Assembly (NCBI GenBank): GCA_002633005.1
Contig: NMRA01000352.1
Location: 402,356-466,355, forward strand
Source: Phoronis australis
Taxonomy: Eukaryota > Animalia > Phoronida
Length of the DNA: 64,000 nucleotides
Direction: 5' to 3'
Each line of letters begins with the position of its first letter. Positions within the stretch are counted from its first letter, which is position 1. Under the pieces are notes generated by a model that did not search any database, was not told the DNA's origin, and saw nothing but the letters and a program-made list of their open reading frames with translations. Shown in pieces: positions 32,871 to 47,100 of this stretch. A program made the position numbers and the translations under genes.

Positions 32871-33774
32871 TGCCCTTTAACTTTTTGATCATGTTCAGTC
32901 TATGCGCCCCGGGTTTTAAATTGCCTCTTGTCGAAATTTCGTCCCATTGCTGAAGACAGTCCCCCCCCCGTGAACAACTTGACTTCGTTGAGGAAGTCAC
33001 GGAACATTAGAGCACCGAGACAGGAAAGTAATCTGCAAGTAATTTCCAATCCCCATCGCGGACCAACAACTCAAGACATTTGGGGGAAGTGGGCGGACGA
33101 CTGAACGAACAGTCGGGCAAATCTTCAATCCATATTTTTACACCCCGCACGAGGGTAGCCACTTGGCATCCGGACTCCGCAGAAATAAAAAAATAGAAAT
33201 TTCTGGTTAATTGTCTTGATAATTTCCGTGTTGATTACATTTCTCTGATGAGAAACTTTTCATTATTCATGGCACAATAGTATGCTACATGGAAGACTCT
33301 GCAAAAAGGCCCGCATTAATATACCACCACGACTCAATGCAGTCAACCCGTGTAACATTTACCAAAATCGGCTTTCTAAAAGGTTCCTTGTAACTGAAGA
33401 TCGCCGTTACTACGTAAACGAAATAATGCCATACAATGAAGTTCGAACGGAACTTGTACACGCGGGCAAACGACATAAACCACCTTTGTCGTATCGCCAC
33501 TCGACTACAGTTTCAAAACAATGGGATGTATGATAATACATGTATATTGTACACGAAAAGACACTGTATTTCAATAATTAGAAAAAATATATTAAATCTT
33601 AGACAGCTACATTGCAGTTTCATGCCACAATAACTACAGCTTTAATTCCTTGGAGGACCCAGTATATAAAGTCTTGACCAAGCGTAATTCAACCCCCAAC
33701 AGTCTTATAATGCAGATTCATGATTGCAAGGCAAGTAGATATTGCATTTAAGTCCTTGACAAAACAATGGCACG

Positions 33775-33900
33775 GATAATTGGTGATGGTCGGATATAAC
33801 ATGCCCGGAATTTGAGAACCAGTTTCCTCCACTGAATAGCAGGCATCAAACTGGTTCTCAAAATATGGGTACTTTATATCCGACTATTGCCCAAGTAGTC
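33775..33900. mobile_element. ~125-bp palindromic MITE
   Basis: GTCGGATATAA..TTTGAGAACCAGTTT vs AAACTGGTTCTCAAA..TTATATCCGAC; second, interrupted copy at ~36088-36435. Confidence 0.7.
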
Positions 33901-35728
33901 TGCATTCAACAGAAGACATGCTATTAGAGAAATTTTGTGACATACAGTGGCCAAAGAATCGAGATGAACCTTTTAAAAAAAGACGCTAAGCAGATCTGCT
34001 ATGAAAAATTCCGAGACTGTCCGTGTGGAGTGTTGTAGCAACTCCTATTTGTCTGAAAATTGATAAAATGTCGAAAGCTGAGTCCACATTGCACAGTACC
34101 TCATCAAACACATAACAGGGGAATTGCACAGAAAACAGTACTAGGTTCAAAGTAGAAGTGCCAGCCGTTTCGAGGAAAGCAAACTCCCTCCTCCGAGGAG
34201 TGCACAGACGTTCTCAATAACAAAATTCGTTTCTCATGAACAAAATTCCTTTCACATGAACACAATTCCTTTCTCGCGAGCATAATTTACTTTTTCTCCA
34301 TGCACCATAATTGTGGTTACAAACACCTTTTATGTTAAAAGTATGTCTGTAAGAACACAACTTCAATAAATCAGCTCATGAGCAAAACTGAATTCACACG
34401 AACTAAGTGCATTAAAGAGAGCACTGAGTGTGGCCCATAGGGGAGAAATAAGGACTACACTGCATTTGAAAACACTCCAAATCACCACATCCTTCCAACT
34501 CAGCACCCATGACGCTTGAAAAAGAGCGATTCAAGACCTGTATATTGGTAGTTGGATAACATTTTGCAACAATAGCAGTTGATTCATTACATTGCAACAT
34601 CTAGCAAGATTAAATACAGATACTTTGTTTAATTTCTTTGTCCACAGCGAACTATTTATGGCAAAAAGAAAAAAAAAGGCAAGGGACTGATATAATGGAT
34701 GGGTGTAGTTGAATCCTGTTAAAACAAACACTTCAAGGACTTAACTAAAACATTCATAGCAATGGAAGTTCTCTAACCTAAGCACTTTCCATGTAAAAAA
34801 CTTGACTTGGAACTTGTGGAATGAAACATTGTAGAGAGCGTACACTATAAATCAGGGTTCATTTTGTCAAAGTTTCCAAGTCCAGTCCTAGCTAAGATGG
34901 TCGATGGTACATTATTGCAAACTAGACTGCATTTTTTAGAAAAATACAGTGTGATGTTGCATCTTAAATTCAGTAGATATTTTTTGTTATTGTATGATTA
35001 GCAGTCTGAAAACAAAAAATGTTAGCATATTAACCTCACATAATATTCAAATATCTTAACGAGTCGCGTTAATAAACTATGTCTGAATTAATATCAAAGT
35101 TACGACCATATTATTTAAGACTGGACTTACAAACTAAAAAAAAAAACGCGAGATTGTCGCAACTTAACTAGACAGAACCTGACCTGAAAGGAGAAGTGGA
35201 CAGTGGCGAACACAGTATTCACAGACACAAAAATTGAGCGACGTCACTTCCTATTCTGGCTAGGCAACTTCAATTTGCTCCTTGAAAACTCAAGAACTTG
35301 GAAAGAAACCTCAAATTAGAATGTATCCCAAGTACGCTCTGCAGAGGGTTAGGGAAAATGCGGCTACTTAAAACCGGCAAAAAATTTAATAGCCAAACCT
35401 GAATCAGAGAAAAGGGGCAAATCACACATTTTGAAATGTCGATAACATTACAAATGGCCCTTTTCAGGATTAATGACACACGATGTCAAGTCTTTGGTAA
35501 TCATACAAAAATAAAAATTTAAAGATCAATACAAATATTACACCATTTCAGTCAATGTTTCACTTTGTTCAACGAGCGTCGTCCTTAAGTAACGGTGGCT
35601 GTAAATTCGCCTTCTACAAAACTCAAATTTTGATTCAGACTGCTTTACCAATATGAAGCTGGACACAAACTGTTCCTTAGTCAAAATAAATGTGACTTAT
35701 GGACTAGGAAAGAACCAACGGTTGGTTA

Positions 35729-35863
35729 CAGAGGCGGATCCAGGATTTTTAATTAGGCGGGGCATGGGCAAAATATTAGCCAGGATTTTGCCGTCAGACA
35801 TTCACACCCCAAGTGGAATCTGGGAGTTTCAGGGGGCCATGGCCCTCTCTAAATCCGCCACTG
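35729..35863. mobile_element. CAG(G/A)GGCGGAT...ATCCGCCACTG MITE
   Basis: TIRs visible; homologous to 41810-41962; flanks GGTTA/GATTA. Confidence 0.75.
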
Positions 35864-36114
35864 GATTATTGCACAAGTTGACACGTCACTGTGTGTCAAT
35901 TTATGCACCAGTACGTTCTCAAGCAATAGCGACACATCAATGTTTGCAAAACCAAAGCTCACTTCCTATCTGAGTAAGGAACAAGTCCAGGTTAATTTCA
36001 TACCAGTACTAGTCTAAATCAAAAGTCAAGTTTCGTAACTGAACACAGATTTATTTTCGTTTCAAAATTCATAATTGCCTATAGGGCACTACAGCAATAG
36101 CCGGATATAATATG

Positions 36115-36334
36115 CAGGTCTTGGAATGACCCATGTCTGAAAAGGTGATGCATCATTCTACAAATAAATAGAAATATTTTTTGTGTTGTAAATTTAACAA
36201 GAAATGCTTTTTGCACGAATTATGGCAAAAAATGATACAAAAGACGAAAAAAGATGAAACTGGAAATCAAATAAGAGGAAATTGAAACCAAAAAAAGAGA
36301 AAATTCTCTTCAAAGAGGGAAATTCCAAGCCCTG
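36115..36334 (+). mobile_element. CAGGGCTTGGAAT hAT-like MITE nested in the palindromic MITE
   Basis: TIR CAGGTCTTGGAAT / ATTCCAAGCCCTG; flanks AATATG/AATACG. Confidence 0.75.
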
Positions 36335-37008
36335 AATACGCCCACAATTTTAGAACCAGTTTGATAACCATTGCAATGGAGAAAACTGGTCCACAAAATT
36401 CGAGCACTTTATACCCAACTGTGACTGATCACTTAGCTGACCACTACTCTATCCATAACACAGTTTCAGATGACAAGGTCTGTAACGCAGGGCAAGTGGA
36501 TGGACTAAGGTAAAAAGGAGTAAATTGTCACATGATAGTCTCTCCTGCTGAGGGAACCAAACGCCATGACTCAGCAATAGGATATATTCTTCATATAACC
36601 ATTAAGCGTTGTGAAAAGTGTCTTTCACTTCACCGAATTTCTACTTCTGGTGTTCACAACAGGTTGAATTGACAGGGATGAAACGCCATTTCTTTCATTA
36701 ACAGACATTTTGAGACTAACTTTAATTTGTGAGTCATTCCAGTGGCACATTGACGGCATGATGATGGCAAAGAATTTGTATAAAACAATGAAATTTTCCC
36801 ACTGAATTAAATCCATGCAAGAATGCAGTCCACCAACCTTCATCTCGCCATCTAAGGACAAGATGAATTTCCTCACGTCGGCGCTATCGAATAATGGCTC
36901 GTGTGCTTAAGCGACACATTGAAATTGACATTTAAATCCTTGTAGGGATTTTCAAATCCTCTATTCTATACGGAGTCACCACAACTCAAAATATTTACAC
37001 TGTGACAG

Positions 37009-38141
37009 TTACATAAGAATACTCTTTACAGCAGCGTCCAAGTCATCTTGTGAAGGGTCTTGCCCATTTAGCTCATCATTTCCAGCAGGTAAGTCATAAC
37101 CAGCATTTTGTCCCATCAGAGACGGGTCACCTCCAATGCCCAGAATACTGTTGATGGCATTCTCAACCTCCTCCGGTTCATTCATGCTGTCATGCTCAGT
37201 GTGAGACTCTTTCCATGCTTGTTCTCGGTCAGTTTCCTCATAAGACACGTCCAAACCGAGTGGGTTGGCGGGATCTACGCCACCAGTGGACAAGTCGTGC
37301 GTGAAACCAACGCTGTCTTGACTGTCATAATCCATTAAATCCGGTTCTTGGTGGGATGGCGTGGAATATGTGCTGTAACTTACTGGATCATCCTCAATTG
37401 GCACGGAATGATGACTCAGTTTGCGCGGAGATTCTTCCGCACCACCGTTCGTGTCCTCGGACATGTTGTCATCATCGTCCGATTCAATCTCAGGTTCACT
37501 GATATCAGAATACAGAGGTTGCTCATGAGAGAACGATTCTTCAGGCACTGTGTCACCACCAGCCATCGCAGAGTGAACATACGAGGCATTTTCACCTCCA
37601 CCCAGGATAGAATTTTCTTCAGTATAATCTCGTGTATCATCCAAGGACTCGAGAGATTCCCTAGTCTGTTCATTACTGAAACAAGAAGTCCTGCTTACGA
37701 GGTCAGACGAAGGATCTATCAGATCCGGCAGGGACTCGCTCTCCTCTTTTCGAAGAGATATTTTTAATTTAGGAATACACAAGGAGTTCCCCTCTGACTT
37801 GTCCAGTTTCAGTTTTAACTTAAGATCATCACACTTCTCGTCCTGCTTAGTCCTTTTTGGCTGACTTTCATAGTTTTGGCCATTACTGTCAATACTGGTT
37901 TCCTCACTTGTCTCTGTGCTTCCACCACACCTTTTTATTTTCACCACGAGCCGCGGGGAGTCACACACTTCAATATCAGACAGTGTCCTGTCCCCTGTCG
38001 GCTCGCCAACAGCCAGTTCTTGGTAAGAGTCATGGGTAACCTCTGAGGTAATGTCAATTTCCGATTCTGAGTTGAGCACCTCTGCCTCGTTGTGAGAGGC
38101 TGCTTTTGACGACACATCTGTGGTTGCGTTTATAAGATCCT
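37009..38141 (-). CDS. BICRA: BICRA terminal acidic exon ending DLDAAVKSILM*
   Basis: Within ORF 37009-38217; acceptor ttttccag, phase 1. Confidence 0.92.
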
Positions 38142-41100
38142 CTGGAAAATCAGAATTACTGCTTTCACAACATGGCATATGTACATCCAATTTTAAGGTT
38201 CGATAATTAAACCACAATATCTGTAAATATTCTTAAAATTTCCAGAAAACTGGTATAGTTTGACACTAAATACCATGGTTTCCCAAGTAACCAAACTCAC
38301 TTGTCTACAAAAATTTCTTAATAGAATGATCAGAATTAATTTTGACGACCTAAAAACGAGAAAACACAAGACAATTTAAAAATGCGTTTAGCCCTGTTTG
38401 GCTGGCTTAACATAATGGGATTTTATTTCCATTACCAACAAGACCACCGAAATCATCAGTGCCCGCGAGTTCATTATTGTTGGCCAGTCTAAACTGGCGA
38501 ATTCGAAAGTGCATGTACGCATTGCCCATGACTTGAGTCGGTAATGGAAATGGAATTTGATTATAGTAAGGAATATTACGAGACTATTACTATTAGAATA
38601 AAAGGCTTAAAATTCTTTTTTCATTTTTAGCCATCTAAATATGGCGAAATGCAGTTAATGGACCTGAGCAGACAAAGAACTGTAGAGTGATTGTTTAATC
38701 ACTCTTGTGAATCACATAGTAATAGAAGACACAGACAGCTTAGTAGTAGCTAATTGGCATATTAGTCGAAGTTGTCATCGAGAACCAGTCAGATGTGTTA
38801 TCTGGCTGACCAGCAAAACAGCCAAATTCAATCGAGTGCAACCATCGTTTATAACAAGTGTCACCATTTAAGCTCCACTTCCAATCCACTAACTGATTAA
38901 ACTCAGTATCAAGACATACTCTACTTAAGTCTATCAAACAGGGCACCAATATCTTCATCAGCTTCAACATTCAGTTGACAGGTAAACTATGGTTATATCG
39001 GAGAGGTCAACTTTTGGACGAGCCGATCAGCCCCATGATTTTCTGAAGCATTTTTTCAATACTTTGGCTTTATCCATAGCAACAGACACAAATAACCTAT
39101 GGTAAGGAAAATTTCAAGACCAATTTTGCCCAGGGAAGTTATAGAGGATCAGTATTGACTTTTTTGTGAGAGTTTTGCAAGCCTATCACTTGCCATGATT
39201 TTTTGTGATCGGAAAAAAAATGATCACAGGCACCTTGATTCCAATCATAACAATGTTACAAAAGGGCAGACTTTAACCTGAAAACAAACCACTAAGGCTC
39301 CAGCTAGAGAGAGCAAAAAGTGTCCAAACGGATGTCAGTGATGAATTATGAGATCCTGATGCAAACAGCCAGCCCCAAATAAAAGAAATACAATTTTATT
39401 GTTACTTGAACACTCCAAGTTTTCAAGAAATTACTTCAAAGGTGTACATCAGCAGTCCTGTTGGCAAAAAAGTGATAGTGTCATAAAACTGAGAGCCATA
39501 AAAGTGATGTTTAAATGCATTTTTATCTCAGTTAGTAAAAAACAAAAAGGTCACGAAACCAATATCGAATGGGCAGCAGACAGGTTATGCTCGGGCATCT
39601 GGAAGATGGTCAGCTATCCTACAAATTGAATCAAACATCAGCTGTCCAAGGTGGTTTTCTAGACACCCGGGCGTCACCTGCTCCACAAACTCTTCAGAAA
39701 CTGAGCTGCCCAGCCTCATTTAAATTCCACTCTTCCCACGGAGCATGTGTGAATCTCTTCAAAAGTCCCGCCCAGGTCACTTCACCTACCTGGGTCCTGA
39801 GGGGGTGACTGGCGTTCTTGTTCTAGTTTATTCTTAATATCTGAGTGCAGCAGCCTGTGAACTAGCACCATCTCTGGGGAAGGAACGGCCCGCTGAAACA
39901 GATAACACAGAACGATAGTTTCTGAAAACAGCTGGCTCATGACGTTCAGACATGTGGCCAGTAACATATTAAGATAAAGCTACAAGAAGTCACGCTGCAG
40001 TCAGATCAACAAGCGCATCAATACAACCGGTACTCCTATCCACAAACCAAATATTTTGACGAGTTTTAGTTGTTTGACATACATCACACAAGGGTTCAGC
40101 CACCAGGCAGTGAGACGGCCTTGAGAGCGAGCAGAGTGTCCAAAGATAATCAATGACATTACGTGAGCCGCTGAAATAATAGTTCAGCATAAACTTTTTA
40201 AGTTCAGATTGCAAGCATTTGAAATTTAAAGTTGTTGAAGCGGGTTGAGATTCAAATTAAACCTTAAGTTTTGAACATGTATGCTATACATACGATTTCT
40301 GATCAGAGTAGAAAAAATCCTCAAGGCTGCTTGTCCTTGCATTGTCTTATAATAATAAATGCGAAAAAATATCCCACTATCCCCAGAAAAGTGTGGAAAA
40401 CTGTCTACCAAATGCCTTTGTGGAAAAAAATCAAAACTTTGTGCAAACATGTAAAATCTTGTCTTGTTTCAATTCCAAACAACTTGAAACCACTCAAAAT
40501 AGGGAAAAAACGAATTCAGCAACTTTAACAGGTGCTGTGAAAATGTCATTTTGGAGGAAGCAACAAGGAACATGAACATACATGACTTCAGGGCTGTTCC
40601 CAAATGAGAGTCAGATGGAAATTTAGTATTGAGAAAAATTGTTACCCAAAAGCATTGGAGCAAATTAAGAAAAATTGCAGTAGCATATATCATGATTACG
40701 AAAATTAATTGACATGCTCACTCTAAAATAAAAGTTTTTAAGAGTACATTACCGTTTTACATTTCTGAGTTTAGTACATGCATTTGCTCTCCCTCATAAC
40801 CAGGGTGACGTAGGCGAGTGATGAACAACTGCGACATTTGTCTGGAAAACCCAGGCCCAGAAAAAACCCTTGTACACCTCAGTTATCTATTATATAAAAT
40901 GCATCGTTTGCACAAACTCCGTCTCCCCACTCCACTACAGACCTTCGTTGCGCCCGTTTTGGCACTGCCTTGGTCCCAGGTATTGCACCGGCCCCCTGTT
41001 TGGATTCGAGGCTTTCTATTTTTTTTCGTAGGCCGTTTTTTCGTGGACGCGAAGGGAGGGTGGCCAGCTTTGTACTGGTCTTGGTGACATCAGTCGGTCG

Positions 41101-44100
41101 GCTCAAAGACCTGGATGACGTCACTCCGTCGGTTTAATTTCACTCCCTCCAGCTTCTGTCGCGTATATAATTCATCAGGCCTGTTGCCGCCAAAATTAAT
41201 GATGCTTCATTAAAAAATTTTTACTCTTCCTTGAGTAAACTAAATTGTTTACCCGGGTGTTGGAAAACTGGCGATAAGTTACTCTGCTGCTAAAATTGCG
41301 ATGCGCTCATTGGGCGCTATCGGGCGAACTTCCATGCTCTTCAGTCAACTGTGGAGACTGTGTACATGTCATAACAATCGGAAGTGGTTTCATTTCGTTA
41401 CAAGTTTTTACTATTTTAATACTCTCAAGAGATATCGCAGTTTTGGGAAATGGCACGTACGCGCGCGTCACGAGATTGCATTGCCGGTTCAAAATGACGG
41501 CAGATAGGATTTTCCTTTGTTACAAAAGGCGGAGAATTACGAAAAAAATAACATAAAAAATTGTTTACTTTTATAACGGCTGTAACGGGCACTGTGAATG
41601 TCGATTAATTCCCAAATTCTGCATGCACCCCTACTGGTTGTTAGCTTAACGACGAGGTGACGAGCTGAGCACCCGGGTTGTGTGAAATTTCGTTGTCTAA
41701 CGGAGCTCTACACATGGTACCTAGCTGTATGTTGACGACAGAGTTCATACAGCTAGCTGGCTTTCTACCTCAGTATGTGCAATTATGATGCAACTTTTGT
41801 TAATACATCCAGGGGCGGATCCAGGATTTTGAGTTGAGGGGGGCACGGCAAATAGAGTATTAGCCAGAATTTTGCCCTTCAGACATTCGTACCCCCAAAA
41901 TGCCAAATGGAAGGTGGGAGAATTTTTTGGGGGGCCATGGCCCCCCTCTAAATCCGCCAATGACATCTATTATACTTTGTGTACTATACAATATTTTAAA
42001 TGCATTCTTAGTTTTCACTTTAAACTGAAAAATATCTGATTACCGTACTTTGTGTTACAGCAGGGTAATATGTTCTGGAAAGAAATTTATACTGCCTAGG
42101 GGAAGAATCCCACAGCCGCACACCTTAATTGCCTACTAAAATCTGACATGTGACAGAAATTCTGCTTGAAGCTTTGAACACGGACTCTTCAAGAAGTACT
42201 CCTGTTTCTCTTAGGTGTAGCTATTTCCCCTCGCCGTTTCCCACTGCCTGCTACCTGTGCGAAAGCACGGGTAACGGCAAGTCATATCTATTGATGAGTA
42301 ACAGAAGCAATCCCACAAGCTTTACAAACATTATGTAAGCAACCATGTCAATTGAATTTAAGACAATATGTCAGCAGCCTCACGAGAGTCATCTATACTT
42401 AACACATGGCAAGGTGTATCTATGAAGCACTCACCATACAGTCAGACCAAAGCAGATGTCTGTACCTCTCAAATAAATTGTTTTTCTTTTCTATAAGCTC
42501 CTCTGACATTTCTTCAAACGACTCGTCAGCTACAGATATACAATATCGGTCAAGTGTTAACAGCATTAAAGTTTGCATTATGAGACAGAAGCATAGTGCA
42601 CAAGAAGAAATTACTCAGGGCTTGAATGATCAATGACAAAAACAGAGGAACAATTTCCAGATGATGCATTGTTCCATGTATAAGTAGGCTTGTATGATAG
42701 AAATACTTTTTGCATTGTAACATTGAAGTGAAATAAATGTTTTTGCATGAATACAAGTCAAAATAATGATAAAAAATAGACAAAAAAGAGAAAACTAGAT
42801 ATCAAATAAGAAGAAATCGAAACCAAAAAGAGGAAAATTCCAAGCCCTGTTGACTTGCCAAGTAAACTATTCATAGAGGCAGTGCCACCTAGTGGGATAA
42901 GTGTCTGCTTCCTGTACTCAAGGTTGTGGGTTTGAGGCCCACTGGGGTACACTGCTAGACCCTCGAGTCAGGTCTCCAGCTCCTCAGCTCGGTTTAATTA
43001 TATTAATGAAGCATAAAAATGGCTCCAGGTGACAAGTGCAATGGGCCCACCTGAGCGCCGTGCGCACATCTTGTACAATGTTTACCAGTCCGTCTGAAAT
43101 TATTACATTTTTGCACTGTCTGTTTATGCCGACGTTAACTGCATAAATGGAAAATGAAAAGTTGAAAGGTGGCACTGAGAAATTGGGAGGGAGGGATGGA
43201 GGGAGGGAAAGAGAGAGAGAGAAAGAGAGGTCCAAATCGGCCATTGTAGTGGCACAATGGTAAGAAACGCAGACCTGATTTGAAAGCCTCCTCAGGATGG
43301 TCTTTCATATTGAAGATGTGATATCGCAATAGTCGCTTGCAGCTCTCTTGCCTTGTTCTGAATGGGGTGGTGCAGTCAGGTGATATCACGTTCTCCTGGT
43401 CTTTACCCAGTTGGCGAACTATGCTGGAATACAAACAGACGTGTCAACTGCTATACAGAAGAGGATGAGGTTAGCGTTTATGATTGGTGCTTATGTGAAA
43501 CTTTTGGCTTAGCACTTACTATCTATGTGAGAAAGCACAGTTCATCAATGTGAGGAAGCCCTTCCATAACAGTGGTCAAAGACAAAAAAGTTGGCTTTCT
43601 CAATGAAGAGAAAACGACAAAAAACTAACACTGAATGTGATTATACTCAAATAACATTTTGAAATGAAGACTTGATTGTGACACAGCTTGGTACATGCCT
43701 TTCGAAAAGACAATTTCACCCAATGGGAAGAAAATCCACCAGCAATGAGGGTGGTGACACCAAACTGTAATCCTAGTGGTGACAAAACAAACAGTTGGCT
43801 ATTATTTCAAGGGGAAATAGAACTGACAAATGGCCCCAGAGTGACAGTATAGGGCATAAAATGTAACAACTTACATAGATCCTCTGTTTGATGGAGTATT
43901 TGGAAGCATGGGAGGTCGTTTTAAACGAGAAATGTCCTGCTTATTCGCAACTTGGTTTGACGGACGGACGACAGTGAAAACTTTTGCCGGCTGAAATAAG
44001 ATTACAAACGGGATAATTACACTACCTGAAATGTTAGTAAGTTCAAAGGTATGGAGTAATGTGGGACCCTCAACTATTATAAAACTGGGGTTCCTGGTGA

Positions 44101-47100
44101 CTTTTGGCTACCTCCGTTTTTATTCACCTCGCCCGTCACCATAATTTTCAACCTACACCATCCAGATGGCCTAATTTTTAAGCTACATTGCTTTGGAAAG
44201 GCATGTAAATTCAGTCAGTGTCTGTGAACAAAGTTGATGTTTGTAACACCAGGCCATGAATGACACAGGATAATAAAGTTTTGTTTCGATAATAATCCTC
44301 GTTCTGCTGCCTGCTAATGCACCATTAGCATCTCACGATAAAAACAGGATTCATCTGGAAACAGGTTGTCACAGAATGAATAGTATGGATATTAGGGGTA
44401 TTCTTCTACTTCAGTTTCTGTGTAACTCACCCAAAGTGTAGGTCATGCTTGCCCATTAAGCAGACTTTTGTATTTTCGAAAAAGAAGTTTTCAAAATTTG
44501 CTACAACTTTTGATTGTTGACCATGCTTAACAAGAGCAATGCGGAGCGTTGAAATGCGCCCACGAATGCACCGCAAATGGTGTGCTTCGAGGGTTATTTA
44601 TTTAGTTGTTTCATAAAAATAGGCACTACATGGTGCAAAAACGTCCAATCCATCTGAAAATGGGAACATGCCATTGCTTCTTTAATAGAAAGCTATTTAC
44701 CAAATTTCATAGAAATCTGTCACGGAACTTCAGAAAAATGAAGGAAAACAAAATGAAATGAAATTGCCATTAGGGGGCACAGTGTTCATTGGATCCACCT
44801 GAAAGTTGTCATTGTCTGTTGTTAGCTTCACTTACTAAATTTAATAAAGATCCAGCAGTGGGTTTAGGAGATACAGCTATGGGCACAAAACAAAACAAAA
44901 CTACCACTGGAGACGTCGTAGTAGTCAAAGTCGTCATCGTAAACCATCCTTTTCACACAGAGAAAATAAACACCAATTTTCAAAACCATCCTTAGGATGA
45001 ATTGATTGATAGAGGGATGGATGCAAAAAAACAGACTCGAAAACAGCAAAAATGACCACTAGGTGGCGCAAAATTCCTTGATTCCATCCAAAAACAAGAA
45101 GATAGCGTCATTTCACCAATACATGCTTAATGAAATTCTGTTGAAGACCCTTGAAGATACAGAGGTAAACGTAAAATCTAAAATTGCCACCGGGGCACAC
45201 CAGTAGTCAGATCCGTCCGAAAGTCGTCGTTGTTCTTTGTCAACATCATATAAATACACTTGTTAAATTTAGTAAAGATCCTGCAAACGGTTTAAGAGAT
45301 ACAGCCAAAGGCGCAAAAAAACGAAACTAGGAGGCGCTACAATAGATGAAGTAATCTGAAAATCATCGTCAGCCATCCACTTCGTAGTAAAAACATACAA
45401 GCCAATTTTCACAATTATCCTGAAAGCGATTTGGTTGATAGAGGGGTGGACGCCAAAAACCAGACTCGAAAACCGTAAAAATGGTCACTAGGTGGCGTTA
45501 ACTAAGTCGAATCCATCTGAAAACTGAAAGATTGCGTCACCACACTTACAGAAGCCTGAACACCAAATTTTTTGAAACTACCTTGAGGACCTTTGAAGAT
45601 ATTGAGGTTACCGTAAAAAATAAAATTGCAACCAGAGGGCACACCAGTAGTCAAATCCGTCTGAAAGTTGTCGTCATATAAATGCACTTATGGTAAAGTC
45701 GCGTGATTTTCGGACACTAAAAATTAATTCCAATAAAAAAAAAAATTCTTGGACAAATCTCGCGAAACATCATTTTTGTGGTATCCAAATTTGGCGGACC
45801 TCCAAATCTGGGTTTCCACTTTTAACTGTAAACAAGTGATTTTGGCTAGATTTATCTAGTCCCAAGACAGCTACTGAACTCTACCCTAGCCTGCATCCAG
45901 GGGCGCGAAGGGTGACAATCTCACGAGTACGCAAGACTGAAGACTTTGAGAGGTATGGTCGGGTATTGCAAGCGAAGCACACGACCACACTAGCTTCCTT
46001 AGCGAGATTCTTGCATCTGCGATGCATATCGGAGACCAACAGGGAATTTGTAAGGGTAGTGAAGCGTGGATGCGTGCATGTACATTAGTTTTTGATATGT
46101 GTTATTTTACAGAGCAAAGTATTTTGCGGGCCAATGGGCACTTACAACATAAGACGGATGCAATGTCTCTGTAAGAATTGCGTGTGAGCCGCACACCGTT
46201 TGTGCTGGGCTTTGTACTGCTGTACACGCGTTCTACGCGAATGAGCCCTACCAAAAAGATATTAGCACTGAAAAACGAAAGGCGTTTGAACTGCATACAG
46301 ATTTTTAATGAAAACTTTTCGTTTCAACCAAAAATTGCGTTGTCAGAAGCACTGAATGTTGTATGAAGTCAGTGGCGACTCATTCCTTGCTAACTGTCCC
46401 ATTCAAAATTATTAAGCAAGCCCATGAAGATTTCAATCATTCGTCGGGATGCAGGTAAGTGGCAGCAATGAAAACTTATTGTCCAACAATCGACTGAAGA
46501 GGAAGAAGCATAAAATCTCCCGTGCACGATGCAGCCTCGGTCGCCTAGGCTCGCGCGGAGTGTGACTTAATTATGTTTGCTTTGTAACCAGCTTTACTTT
46601 GGCTCTGTCTCATTTGGCTGCTGTTGTTATTATCTACACAACTTTGGACGTGCGACATCCGACGGAGAGAGTTGGCCGTATTGTGTATGGGACACGTCGT
46701 CAGGAGATTTTAGCCACTGACAAGGGCATTTGCAAAAGCCAGGATGCTTTAAAAATATTAAAAAGTTTCGTAAACACCCAAGTTGATGTCAGACGTGCAA
46801 GTTCAATGTCACAGTCGGAAATCGAACAGCACGGTCTAATTAAACCAGAGCACATATTATTGTGACGCTACAACGAAAAGTTGCAGCCTTAGGTGTATTT
46901 CCCATTTGTATCTTCATCAGAAATTTTTCGTCGTGCAAGACTCGGTGATGCCTTTCATAGATTTAAGCGCCAAACACAAGATAAACACAAGACAATCGAG
47001 TAACGGTCGTGACATCGCCAAGACAAGGTAAAAATTACAGAGCCAGTTATACCGATTCTCAGATTCAAGCCTTAAAGAGCTAGTAATAATCCATTGAATG

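Noticed and set aside
38142-38217. N-terminus of the 402-aa ORF as a gene start
   Set aside because: Non-ATG start and an in-phase acceptor at 38142 linking to the GLTSCR1-domain exons.
40879-41124. 81-aa basic ORF in a BICRA intron as an extra exon
   Set aside because: The flanking exons already join in phase through a contiguous conserved domain; the ORF adjoins a dispersed repeat and has no recognisable motif.
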